Assembly: GCA_965227835.1 (NCBI GenBank)
Contig: OZ245768.1
Span: 540,001 to 572,000 of the forward strand
Reading direction: 5' to 3'
DNA length: 32,000 bases
Origin: Candidatus Saccharimonadota bacterium
GTDB lineage: Bacteria > Patescibacteriota > Gracilibacteria > BD1-5 > UBA6164
Below, piece after piece: positions 11,156 to 21,451 of this stretch. Below the pieces are notes generated by a model. The model had not been told where the DNA came from and did no database searches. It saw only the letters and a list, made by a program, of their open reading frames with translations. Both the position numbers and the translations under genes were made by a program. The first letter of the stretch is position 1. Each line of letters begins with the position of its first letter.

Positions 11156-11368
11156 TTAAAATTCAGTTGTATTAATATTTAAAACTTTCTTAATTTTTAT
11201 TAATTTTAAATAAGTAATATTAGTTTCTCATCTTTCTACCATACTAATATAACTCCTATCAATTCATGTAGCTTCAGCTAGATCAAGCTGACTCATTCAA
11301 AGTTCTTTTCTTGTTTTTTGTAACTCTTTTCATAAACTCACTAATATTTCTTTATCTTTATTTTTCAT
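11039..11368 (-). CDS. XRE-family HTH (RM controller/C-protein-like) ORF that, as written, runs in frame into the first 18 codons of the adenine methyltransferase
   Basis: ATG at 11368. Sequence 'LGKELQKTRKELGMSQLDLAEATGIDRSYISMVERGETNITYL' has four TGA at canonical Gly positions. I checked codon by codon: 'GAA TTT TTA ATG' (11153-11164) gives no stop between the HTH and 'MRYIGSK'. The frame ends at TAG 11039-11041. Confidence 0.7.
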
Positions 11369-11372
11369 AATA

Positions 11373-11413
11373 AAAATTCTGAATATAATTTAGTAGAATA
11401 TATTCAGAATTTT
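11373..11413 (-). terminator. 15-bp perfect inverted repeat with an 11-nt loop, ending 4 nt upstream of the HTH ATG. It is a terminator of the lysis module and/or an operator.
   Basis: Plus strand reads aaaattctgaatata (11373-11387) and tatattcagaatttt (11399-11413). On the minus strand the stem is followed by T/A-rich 'tatt' and then ATG. Confidence 0.5.
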
Positions 11414-11442
11414 AAAAAAATCAACTGTATTATTTTTATGTT

Positions 11443-11955
11443 TTACCTCCTCTGATCATAAAGTGTAATTAATTCCTTTATATCAGCAATTAATGCAGGT
11501 CTATTATCAAGATAGTCATTAAATTTGAAACTATTTTCTAAATTTTCTTTTATAAATTTTCAAAATTTTGAATCTTCTAAAAATATATTTTTCTTATAAT
11601 CCTTACCGTTATCCTGAAAATGAGGCTTATCTGCTTTCCAAAGATCATAGCCCCAATCAATACTATATTTCTTTGCAACTTCAGCTATTTCTTTCCAACT
11701 ATAAATATCTTTTGGATAAAGTTCTTTTCATTTAAAAGCTATATCAATTGCTAATCACTGAGTATGATTAGATTTTAAAGTCCAAGTTACTTTTCTTCAC
11801 TTCCTAGTTCTTCAAAGAGAATATAAATAATTTTGTCTTTTTTGTGACCTATAACTTTCAGTAATAAATATTTTATCTCAAACTTCTTTTAAAAACAGTT
11901 CTACTTTTTTCCTGAATCTAGGATGTAATTTATCTAGTCATCTATATGTTTTCAT
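11443..11955 (-). CDS. Peptidase M15 family (VanY / L-Ala-D-Glu peptidase-like) phage endolysin (170 aa)
   Basis: ATG at 11955 and TAA at 11443-11445, 513 nt. Motifs: 'LHPRFRKKVELF', 'ITESYRSQKRQNYLYSLGRTRKGRKVTWTLKSNHTQGLAIDIAF' and 'YSIDWGYDLWKADKPHFQ'. Confidence 0.8.
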
Positions 11956-11973
11956 ATTAATTTGATGTTAATT

Positions 11974-12309
11974 TTATTTCATAAATTCTTTAGCATAACC
12001 TCTTTTAATTAATTCTTCATTAAGATTAATTCAATCAATAAATATTTCTCATAGCCATCTTCAATATTTACCTTTTTTATCTTTATAGGATTTTAAAATA
12101 ACCTTTTTTCATAGAATCATTTTTCTTACAAAATCTCTTACAATTCTTCATTGCTCTTTTTCTTCTCATCTTAGTTCAGGAGTATCTATTCCATATAATC
12201 TAATGGTTTGATCTTTCCATATATGATTAAATCATAAATCAATATTTATAGTTACTGTATCTCAATCATAAACCTTTATAACTTCTGCAGAATAAATATA
12301 TTTTTCCAT
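11974..12309 (-). CDS. Staphylococcal-nuclease (SNase/thermonuclease)-like nuclease (111 aa)
   Basis: Sequence 'VYDGDTVTINIDLGFN...IRLYGIDTPELRGEEKEQGRIVRDFV...KDKKGKYGRWLGEIFIDGINLNEELIKRGYAKEF', 336 nt. Confidence 0.75.
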
Positions 12310-12310
12310 A

Positions 12311-12691
12311 TTATTTTTTTATAAAATAAAATTCTTTTCAATATTTACATAAAAGAAAAAAACAAATAAACTTGATAGAAAAACGATGAGAAAATTTAGC
12401 CCAATGTAGAAGCTTATATATCTTACTAGCAAACTTATAATTTGATTTATAAAAGCCTTTTCTAAAACGAAAATCAATATCATGCTCTACACAAATCATT
12501 CTTATATCTTCATATAATTTTTCTGATTTTTTCTTATCAAATCAAGGAATAATTTCTAAATTATCTTTCAAAATTTTATCAAAACTTATTCCTCATTTTC
12601 ATCAACAACCATTAACTATTTCTCAATAAAATAAAGCTCCTAGCTCTTGCTTAGTAAGACTATATTCTAAAATTTTCTCTATACTTCTCAT
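12311..12691 (-). CDS. Hypothetical protein (126 aa)
   Basis: ATG at 12691 and TAA at 12311-12313, 381 nt, open under code 25. It abuts its neighbours with 1-2 nt gaps. Confidence 0.55.
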
Positions 12692-12692
12692 A

Positions 12693-12905
12693 TTATTTTG
12701 TAAAAGATTCTAAAATTTTCTCTCAAAAAATTGATAAAATACTAAGTCATCACATAGCTAGATAAATTCTTTTATTTATAGACTTAATATCAGCAGAGTG
12801 ATTTGTTACATCTTTTTCAAGTCTATTTACTCTTCAGTTAGTTTTTGTAGTTTGAATTAGTATTTTTTCTAATTTTTCAAAAATTAAATCATTATGATTT
12901 CACAT
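12693..12905 (-). CDS. Small hypothetical protein (70 aa) with a C-terminal hydrophobic segment; weak holin candidate
   Basis: ATG at 12905 and TAA at 12693-12695. 'IYLAMGGLSILSIFG' lies near the C-terminus. Position is in the lysis/accessory cluster. Confidence 0.45.
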
Positions 12906-12907
12906 AT

Positions 12908-13150
12908 TTAAGTATTGTTAATCGTTAAAATTCTATTAAGCACCTCAGTTAAAATATTATTTACTACAGTTATCTGTTCTTCAGTTAAATTTGTGGTTCA
13001 TTCATTTAAAAGAGATTGTATTTGTTCATCTACAGCACCCTTAGCTATAAAATAAATCATATCTTTATTTACTTGTATAAATTCAAGTAATTCATCCTTA
13101 GTCATAAGAAATACAGGACTTGTATCTGCTCCTCAAATATCTACTCACAT
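12908..13150 (-). CDS. Hypothetical protein (80 aa)
   Basis: ATG at 13150 and TAA at 12908-12910, 243 nt, open under code 25. Confidence 0.5.
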
Positions 13151-13157
13151 ATTTTTA

Positions 13158-13415
13158 TTAATTACCAACTAAAATTTCTAAAGTACCACTCCCTTTTACT
13201 TCTATTGGGAATACATTTATTTTTTTACCACTTCAAGACTTAATCTTATTTCTTCTAAGTCTGAATTCAGCTTGTCATTCTCATCATCTATAATCAATAT
13301 TACTACTTGTTAACATTGAATAAGATGAATACCATACCTTATTTCATTTTCAATCAGTTATCACTGGTCTTTCCCATTCTCAAGACATGGTATGTTTATA
13401 AGTTGTTTCAATCAT
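13158..13415 (-). CDS. Hypothetical protein (85 aa)
   Basis: ATG at 13415 and TAA at 13158-13160, 258 nt, open under code 25. Confidence 0.5.
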
Positions 13416-13430
13416 TGTTTAGAAAATTAA

Positions 13431-13844
13431 CTATAAATTTTTAATCTTTTTTATTTCTTCTCTCTTTATTTTCTCAGCATGTATATAGATCTGAGAATAT
13501 TCTGAAGCTTTACTCATTATCTTTTCAGCTAACTCTAGAGTTGTTTCTCATTCTATAACAAGAGATTCTAAAAGTTCAGAAGTACCTCATGCTATTACTT
13601 TTTCTGACTCTTCTATTTTCGCTTTCCAAGTATCAATCTCAGCTTGAGAATATCAGGCTGAAAATTGATTTATTCTATCTTGAAACTGTTTATTTATTAT
13701 TCATATTTTATACTGTTTAATTTCATCTGTTAACACTTCAGGTTCTTCTAAAACTAGCTTACTTTCTTCATTTATATATGCTTTGTATCACATATCTATT
13801 AATCTCTTTTGCTCTTTTGTTAGAGTGTCAAAATTCAATTCCAT
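13431..13844 (-). CDS. Hypothetical coiled-coil protein (137 aa) immediately downstream of the fibre gene
   Basis: ATG at 13844 and TAG at 13431-13433, 414 nt. The ATG lies 3 nt after the fibre stop ('AGA TAA AA ATG'). Confidence 0.55.
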
Positions 13845-13846
13845 TT

Positions 13847-16063
13847 TTATCTGATTATTACATTAAAAGTACCAGCGGTTCAAGCTGTTCAATTTGTTCA
13901 AGCACTTCAAGGCTGTGGACTATATGATCCTGAAACAGTTCATCAAGCACCTCATGATCATCAAGCACCTCAACTACTTAATAAGTTATAGTTCGCACTA
14001 TCTAATCCACAGATAATAGCTCAACCTCCACCTCATCATCATCCTCATCAACCTCATCATCCTCAACCTCAACCTGCACCAGAATTTCATCATTTTCATC
14101 AACTTCAACCACTTGCTCATCTAATATCAATAGTTCAACTTCCTTTTATTTCTCAGGCTTTGATTATGATATTTCATCAGTTATTACCTAATTCTCATCA
14201 TGCTCATCAACCTCAACCTGCACCATTACTACATCAACCACTTCATCAAGCTGAAGTTCAACCTGAATTTTGAGTATATGTTCAGTTCCAATTAGCATTT
14301 CATCATGGATTTCAATAAGCATCTCATCAAGAATTACTACATGAACCATATCATCATAAACCTCATGGAAATCAACCAGCACCACCTGAACCTCAGCTTT
14401 GTGAATCAGCAGCACCTCAACCTCATCCTCAACCATACCCTCAAGGATCTCATGCTCATCAAGAAGCTCAAGCTAAGTATCAGTTTATACTATGACTACC
14501 TCAATTTCATCAAGCACCACCTGATCATCAATTTCATGGTGTTAAAGTAGATCAATTGAATAAAACAATATTTCAATTATTTCAGAGTCATACTACATTT
14601 ATAGTTCATTCAATATTACAAATCCTACTACAATTTAGCTCTAAAACTCAATCACTACCTGTTACTTGTAAGGTAGCTCAAGAAGCCACAGTAATACTTG
14701 AATAGTTATATATCCCAAATGCTAAATTATATGTTCATGATAAAACTTCTAGATCTCAATCTCATCAATTTCAATAAAAAAGATCTATTCATAAAGCACT
14801 GGAATCAAATGAGATTTCAGTTTCACTTATAGCTCTGAAATCATTTCAAGTTGTTAGGTTTCAGGTAGAAATATCATAGGTATAGTAGTTTCAAGTTACT
14901 AATCCTGTTTGGTGTTTATCATATCAGGTATTAACTTTCTTAAATTCTCATGCATTTCAATCAGCCTGAAGTATTCAAATAAAATTAGTTCATCAAGGAA
15001 TAATAAGTTTATATCATGGTATTTTTAAATACATATCTCAGCTTGCTCATTGCCAAGATATTCAATCATAAAGTAATGCTTGTCATATAAAATCTCAATT
15101 TGATATAGTTCTTCATATTTCATATCTATTAACATCTGAATAAGTTCATGTTCTTTTTACTACTATGTGATATAAAACTTCATTATCTAAATTACAAGCA
15201 GTAGAAAATGTAAAAGCTTTCTCAGTTAATGTTCAATTAAGTTCGGTATAATTGATTGTATTTGATGTTCAATTTGTAACTACAGTTCAACTAGGAACTC
15301 AAGCATTATCAGTTTGTATTTCTATATAAATTCAATCATCAGGACTTCAAACTGTTTTAAACATTAAATTAATAGTATCTATAGCTCATTGTCAGTATAT
15401 TTTTTGTCATACATAAGGTCTAGAATTACTACCAAAATACATATTATCATCATGATCAAGTTGTGAATAATCAACCAAACTCATTGCTTTTCAAACAGTA
15501 GTATTTTGACCTAGCATATAATTTAAACTTGCACTATTAACTTCAGCTTGTAATCAAGTAATATTACTTCAATCAAGAGCTGGAAGTTTTCAGTTTTCAT
15601 CTGTTTTTACTAATTGATTCACTCAATTAAAAATATTTCACATCTTTGTTACTGATGGATTTTTTAGATCTATAAATACTCTTTCATCTGTAATTACTCA
15701 AGAATCTATTGAAGCTAGTTTTATAAAATTACTAGTAGGATAACTACCAGCTGTTTTTATTTCTCAAATTCAGGTTCAACTTGAATTATTACTGATTCCA
15801 TCATCTACATTTGCTTGATTTATTTCTATAAAAACTTTTTTAGTTCAAGTTGTATCAATAACTACATCAGCTGTATTTTGAAATAATACAGGGAAAGTTT
15901 CTGAATCTCTAGTCACATCAATAAATCAGTAACCTGCTGTTACTTTTCAAGATTGCACTTCTAATCATTCAACTACTCAGGAACTAGCAAGTGATTTAAA
16001 AATTTTTGCTAGGTCATAGTCTTGGTTTATATTTTCTCAGTTTAATAAAGCTACTCTTTGCAT
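13847..16063 (-). CDS. Glycine-rich tail fibre / receptor-binding-type protein (738 aa). The C-terminal third is mostly Gly, and most of those Gly codons are TGA.
   Basis: I translated every codon from 13847 to 16069. There is no TAA/TAG between TAG 16067-16069 and TAA 13847-13849, and the first ATG is at 16063. The C-terminus contains 'GGSGGAGGNGG...GGYGGGGGGAADSQSGGSGGAGG...' and an 18-residue poly-Gly (14021-14074). Track ORF 14188..14436 is an off-frame artefact. Confidence 0.8.
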
Positions 16064-16083
16064 TAACTAGATATAAAAAAATA

Positions 16084-16128
16084 ACTGTAAAAATATTACA
16101 GTCATCTTTTTTCCCCTCAAGGTCTTTT
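16084..16128 (-). promoter_or_regulatory. Repeated intergenic element, copy 1: box AAAAGACCTTGAGGGGAA (16111-16128) plus a 7-bp hairpin (16084-16102) and T-run. It lies upstream of the fibre gene.
   Basis: The box overlaps the TAA of the upstream gene. The box end is 48 nt from ATG 16063. The spacing TTGAGG-N17-AATATT places the hexamer at the hairpin apex. Confidence 0.6.
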
Positions 16129-17155
16129 ATATCTCAAGGTTCTTGGTTCTATTTTTTAAATCTTGGATTGTTTCTATTAAATTTAAAGTCTTTATATTTC
16201 ATTTACTCAGCTTTATTTTTACTTTATTTAATTCTCATGATCTGAATTCTTTTTCTATTATTTTTAAATGAGAATCAAACTGCATAATATCATTTCAAGC
16301 ATCAATAAAAACTTTTACAGTATCTCATAAGTTTGCTACAAAAAAATCATAACTTAAAGGGGTAATTTCAAGTTCCCTTATGGAATCTTTTCTATCAGAT
16401 AACAGACTATCTTTATCTCATGAAATAAAATACTTTTCTTGTCTTCAAAACTCATTAATACTTGGCAAATCTTCACTGTTTCAGGTATCTTTTGATATTA
16501 CTGCATTACTAATATTTTCACTATCATATTCAAGCTTTGCTGTATCTATAGTTCTACTTCATGGGAAGTTTATATCATAAGAAAACTCTATAAAATTGGT
16601 TCAACTTGTTTTATCTTCTCATATGGAATTTAAAAAATATAAAATATTATTTCTTATTTCAAACTCATATCAATTCAAGGCTAGATCTTTTAAAATATCA
16701 AAAAATGTTTGTCATTTTTTATAGGTTTTAGTTACCTGATCTAGTATATCTGAATTCAATGTTATTCCAGTATCATATCTAGAATTTATTACATCTAGTA
16801 CATCTATTAATATAGATTTAATCTGAGTATTTGTATATGATTTATCAGTGTATAAAATCTTATTTTTTAGTAAAAATATCTTATCATTTAAAATTACTTT
16901 TGTTTTACTCAAATCAGCTTCTACTCCTCTTATAATTCCATCAAATATTAATTTTTCACTATTATTTTCTACCTTGTATATTAAAACTTCATTAAATTCT
17001 TTAAAATTATTATATGAGTTAGATTTATGAGTATTTGATACTTCAAAGCTAGCACTAGAAATATCATTTAATTTTTGTCTTACTTCTAGTTTATTTACCT
17101 CAAATATCTGAGTTTTTTTATTTCACTCATGATCATTTACATAAATTATAAACAT
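16127..17155 (-). CDS. Phage tail structural protein (Tal / prophage-tail N-terminal-domain-like), 342 aa
   Basis: ATG at 17155 overlaps the upstream stop (TAATG). In frame with track ORF 16712..16912, 1029 nt. N-terminus reads 'MFIIYVNDHEGNKKTQIFEVNKLEVRQKLNDISSASFEV'. Position is after Dit and before the fibre. Confidence 0.55.
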
Positions 17156-18027
17156 TATAAAAGTGAATTACGGAAATAAATATTTATTAAGAAATCATTA
17201 AATGGTATATTACCATCTTTATCCTCTATAAGCAGTTTTGTAGTTTCTAAAATTCTAATCCACATACTTCAAGCAATCCTGTTTGATAGAATATTTTCTC
17301 AATTTTTGGTTACTGTATAATTTTCTGAATCTATAACTATCTTATCTCAAGCTACTGCATCTATGTCTAGTCAGAAATATGTATTTTTTGTTAGATCTCT
17401 TATCATTAATGGTTTATTAATATCTCCACTTGCTGTTATTTCTATACGAGCTGGAGTATCTATATTTCAAGTAGTCGTACATTCTATAATGTTATCTATA
17501 TCACTAAATGGATTTGATAATTTATAAGAGAGTTTAAATCCTCAATAATTTCACTCAAGTGAGGTATTTAATATTTCATTTAAGCTCTTATATACTGGCT
17601 CTTTGGTACTTTCTAGAACTACTCTCCACTTCCAATAACTTCAAACAAAAGATTCATCTCACTCTACAATTTCAAGAGGTTCTTTTATTTTTACTTTCAA
17701 AGTCCACTCATTATCATACATATCTTTGATATATAATTCTTTTTCTTCTAGACTCACTAGACTTCATTGCAGTGCAAATATTTTTTGTAAATACTCGATA
17801 GAGTTTTGATCTTCTAAAGGATTTCAAATTCTATCACTGATTCACTCTAGAGTTATTATTCTTATCCTTGCATAAGTAGGACTTACATTCCTCCCATGTA
17901 TTCAATCTATATTTTCTGAATCATCACTTACTGTTAATTTTCTCCAATCCTTAAAAGTATAAATAATTCATGATTCATTATCTTTTAAAATATCTTCTCA
18001 GTTTAATTTTGCGATTTTAAAATCCAT
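17155..18027 (-). CDS. Distal tail protein (Dit, siphovirus tail component-like), 290 aa
   Basis: ATG at 18027 and TAA at 17155-17157, 873 nt. It lies immediately downstream of the tape measure gene. 'NIDTPARIEITASGDINKPLMIRDLTKNTYFGLDIDAVAGDKIVIDSENYTV' is typical of this family. Confidence 0.6.
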
Positions 18028-18036
18028 ATTTAAATA

Positions 18037-20937
18037 TTACATTCTAAATTTTAGCTTATCAAAGAATAGTTCTAAATCTATGCTATTTGCTACATTAATA
18101 TTTCATACATCTACCTTTTTTGAGTAATCATTTTGCACCGATCTTCCTTGTCTTATAAGTTCAAGTTCAGGAATTATATTTGGCATTTTTTGTATCATTT
18201 CTTGATTTAATACATATTCTCATTTATGCACTACTCATGCTACTTCATGCTTTGCTCAATCTCATGTATAACCTCACTCAGCAAATCAAGCAGAACTACT
18301 ATTTCTAAGTGCATTTAATCTTCTTTGAGCTGAAATAGCACTATTTACTTGAGATATAAGACTTTTATAAGATGTAGATAAACTTGCTACATTTTTATTC
18401 AATATAGATGTAGTCTTATTTGATAATAAAATAGTCGCTTTATTAATTTCTATTTGCAGTTCAATAGCTTCATCTTTTTGTCTTGTAAGAGCTTCTTTTT
18501 CTCTAGCTAGTTTAAGTATAACTTCTTGCTCCTCCTCAGATAGCCTTAAAAATCTTTCATCTTTTATGATAGTATCTATTTCTTTTTCAGTTATTCTTTT
18601 CTTTTCAGCAAAAAACTCATAAAATTGTTGTTTTCTTTCTAATGCTTCCTTTTCTGCATTCAACTCATTTTCTGCATCTATTTCTTTTTGGTTAGACTCG
18701 GATATTATTCTTTGTTTCTCTTTTTCCTGATCTATTAATATTTTTCATATTTCTGAAGCTTCATCATATTTTCTAAGTCTATCTAATACTTTCTGATCTA
18801 CTATTTCTTGAGCCTGAAGTTCTTCTTTTATCAGAGCATTTAACTCCTTTTGTAAAGCTATTTTTTCTTCAGCACTTTCAGTATCCTCTTTGATTTGCAA
18901 TTGAAGTTCTTGCTTTTCTTTTTCTATTTCAAGTAATCTTTCAGCTATTTTTTCCTGAGCTGAGTTATTATTTTCTCCAAGTCTTTCTTCTCTCTCTTGT
19001 TTAATAAGTTTAATGGTTTCCTCATATTTCTTTTTATTTTTATCTAAAGCATTATTTACTTTTCTGAGTCATATTTCAATTTCATCATTATATTTTTTGG
19101 TATTCTTTGCTAAGCTTTCACTTAATTTCTCAGATTCTTTTATTTTAGCATTATAATCTTTATAGCTATCTTCTAAGTCTTTCATATTATCTTTGATTTC
19201 TTGTGTTGCACCAGCTCATGCTTTTCACATATCTTTAGCTTTTCCTCAAACTTTTTCAAAGCTAGATCAAAGTCCATCAATGGTAGTATTTATTTTATCA
19301 AATACTCAGGTACTACTTTTACCTGTATCAGCTATATCTGTTTCATAGGCATCAATATTTTCTAGCATTCTATCAAATGCCTTAGAATTATTATTTTTGA
19401 TCTTATCCCATGAATCAGTCCAAGCTTTTTTTGTGTTTTCTAATCATTTACCATTTTTAAGTACTAACTCTTCCATTTCAGTATTTACTTCCTTTATTTG
19501 AGCTATGGTATTTCTACCTAGTAATTCTAAAAGTATATTTATCTTATCTATTGCTGAATTTATAATTCCTATTACAAAGTTAACTGATTTTTTACCTGCT
19601 AGCTGAACGATATTTAAGGCAGATCAGAAAAAATTACCAAGTCATGTTCCAAGTGTTTTTATAGCTCAGAAAATACTTCATAAAACTGTATTTATAACAA
19701 TATAAATAGCCTGAAAGCCATTTGATATTGCCATTGCTAAAAACTTAAATAATTTGAAATTATCTTGAACTTGTTTTTTATTTTCTCAGGTTAATATCTG
19801 GAATGCATCGGTTATTATTTCAAATACACTTGTAAAAATCCCTGCTATTGCTTTTCATATATTGATTACATTTGTTGCTATATCACTTCAAAAATCAATA
19901 ATAGAAGCCATATTATTTTGCAAAAAATTGTTTATAGTTCCTATAATTCACTTTAAAGTATCTGATATATTAAGTCACATCTTTGATCCTGCTATCTCTA
20001 CATTATCTACCAAATTACTCCACATACCTGTTAGAGTTTTAGCTTGTTTTTCCATACTTCAGGCAAATTTTTCATTTAATCCTGTAAGTATAGCATTTAC
20101 AGCTGTAGCTGAATCAATTCCTTGATTTCATAAATCTCAAAGCTGTGCCTTAGTAAGTCATAATTGCTCTTCCAAAACTTTAAAAATTGGCAAACCTCTC
20201 TCAGCCATTTGTAGTACCTCTTCAGTAGATAGTTTTCACTTAGCTTCTATTTGTCATAATGCTAGAATAACTCAGTTTAAATCATCTTGTCATCTACCTA
20301 CTGCACTTATTGAATCTCATAAAACTTTTACAGTAGCAAGAGCTTTTTCTCACTCAAATCAAAATCATATAAGTTGTTGTATTGATTTTGTTAAACCTAG
20401 TTTATTAAATGGAGTTTGAGATGCTAACTCATCTATATCTTGTAGCATCTGAAGTGCTTTTTGCTCACTTCAAAGCAAAGTTTCAAAACTTATTTTTGCT
20501 TGCTCTACTTCAGCTCCTAGTTTTGATATTCACTTTATAAAATTTCAAATAGCATAAACACTAAATGCTCATGCTATAGCTCATCAAATACCTTTAAAAA
20601 ATCATCATAGTTTTGATGTTTTATTTGTTACTTTGCCAAGTTCTTTTTCTGTTTTCTTTACTTCTTTTTGTAATTCTTTAAATCTCTTACTTCATATCTT
20701 AGTATCATCAAGTTCATTGTTTAAATTCTTTAGTTTAGAGTTTAATCATCATATAGTTTTCGTAGTTTTTTCTGATTCAGATTTTATTTCTTTTAATCAT
20801 TTTTTTCATGAGCTCCCTAACTCTTTTTCAATAGTATCTCATGCTTTTTGAAATTCATTTTTTATTTTTAAGGTAGAATTCTTTATACTATTTTCATCTA
20901 CTGATAATCAAACTCTTAGTTCTCATAGGTTAGACAT
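18037..20937 (-). CDS. Tail tape measure protein (TP901-type core), 966 aa
   Basis: ATG at 20937 and TAA at 18037-18039, 2901 nt, in frame with track ORF 18286..18663. Core sequence reads 'LASQTPFNKLGLTKSIQQLIGFGFEGEKALATVKVLGDSISAVGRGQDDLNGVILALGQIEAKGKLSTEEVLQMAERGLPIF', followed by TM-like segments and a long coiled coil. Confidence 0.9.
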
Positions 20938-21382
20938 TTTTCTTTATATTATTTTTTAAAGCAGTTAGTTTTTTCTTTGGATTTTTTCTATCTTTGTCAT
21001 ATTTTTCTTCTCAAGCTATAACTTTGATATCCTCTAGTAAATCATTGAATACTTTTAAAGGTGTAGCCATTGTTTGTCAGTAAGAATTACCAAAAAATTT
21101 CATAAAAAATCAGATCTTTATATGGAAATCTTTAAGAGGTTTTTCTTGTTTCTTTTTGGTATTTAGTAAGTTATCCAAGTCCTCAGATTCAATCTCAAAT
21201 AATTTTTGTATAAGCTGTTTCAATTGCTTTTCATCAAGTACAGGAATAGTAGGATTAAATTCTAGGAATATCTCTTCTATAAACTGTTCTATATCTGATA
21301 AAGCTAGGAAATATCCTCATACAGTCAGTTCTCAGACCCTATAGTCTTTATTTCAGTATTTCACTTTTATTTTTCTTCTCAT
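20930..21382 (-). CDS. Putative tail assembly chaperone (150 aa)
   Basis: ATG at 21382. The stop TAA at 20930-20932 overlaps the tape-measure ATG. N-terminus reads 'KYGNKDYRVGELTVGGYFLALSDIEQFIEEIF'. The call rests on position between the major tail and tape measure genes. Confidence 0.55.
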
Positions 21383-21391
21383 AGGCAATAA

Positions 21392-21448
21392 AAAAGATTT
21401 AATCTATAATTTAGACTAAATCTTTTAGTGTTCCTCTCAAGGTCTTTT
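21392..21448 (-). promoter_or_regulatory. Repeated element, copy 2: box AAAAGACCTTGAGAGGAA (21431-21448) plus a 10-bp hairpin (21392-21426)
   Basis: The box starts 3 nt after the upstream TAA. The box end is 49 nt from ATG 21382. TTGAGA-N17-AGTCTA places the hexamer in the hairpin loop. Confidence 0.6.
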
Positions 21449-21451
21449 ATT

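Noticed and set aside
14188-14436. Minus-strand ORF 'MVEDEVEVLLIHKAEVQV...HDEMLIEIHDEMLIG', which looks like an acidic/His repeat protein
   Set aside because: It is one frame off the fibre reading frame. It exists only because the true frame is full of TGA (Gly) codons, and the repeats merely mirror the Gly-rich repeats.
13850-14600. Collagen-like G-X-Y triple-helix repeats in the fibre C-terminus
   Set aside because: Gly spacing is irregular (runs of GG, GGSGG and poly-G) with no sustained 3-residue periodicity.
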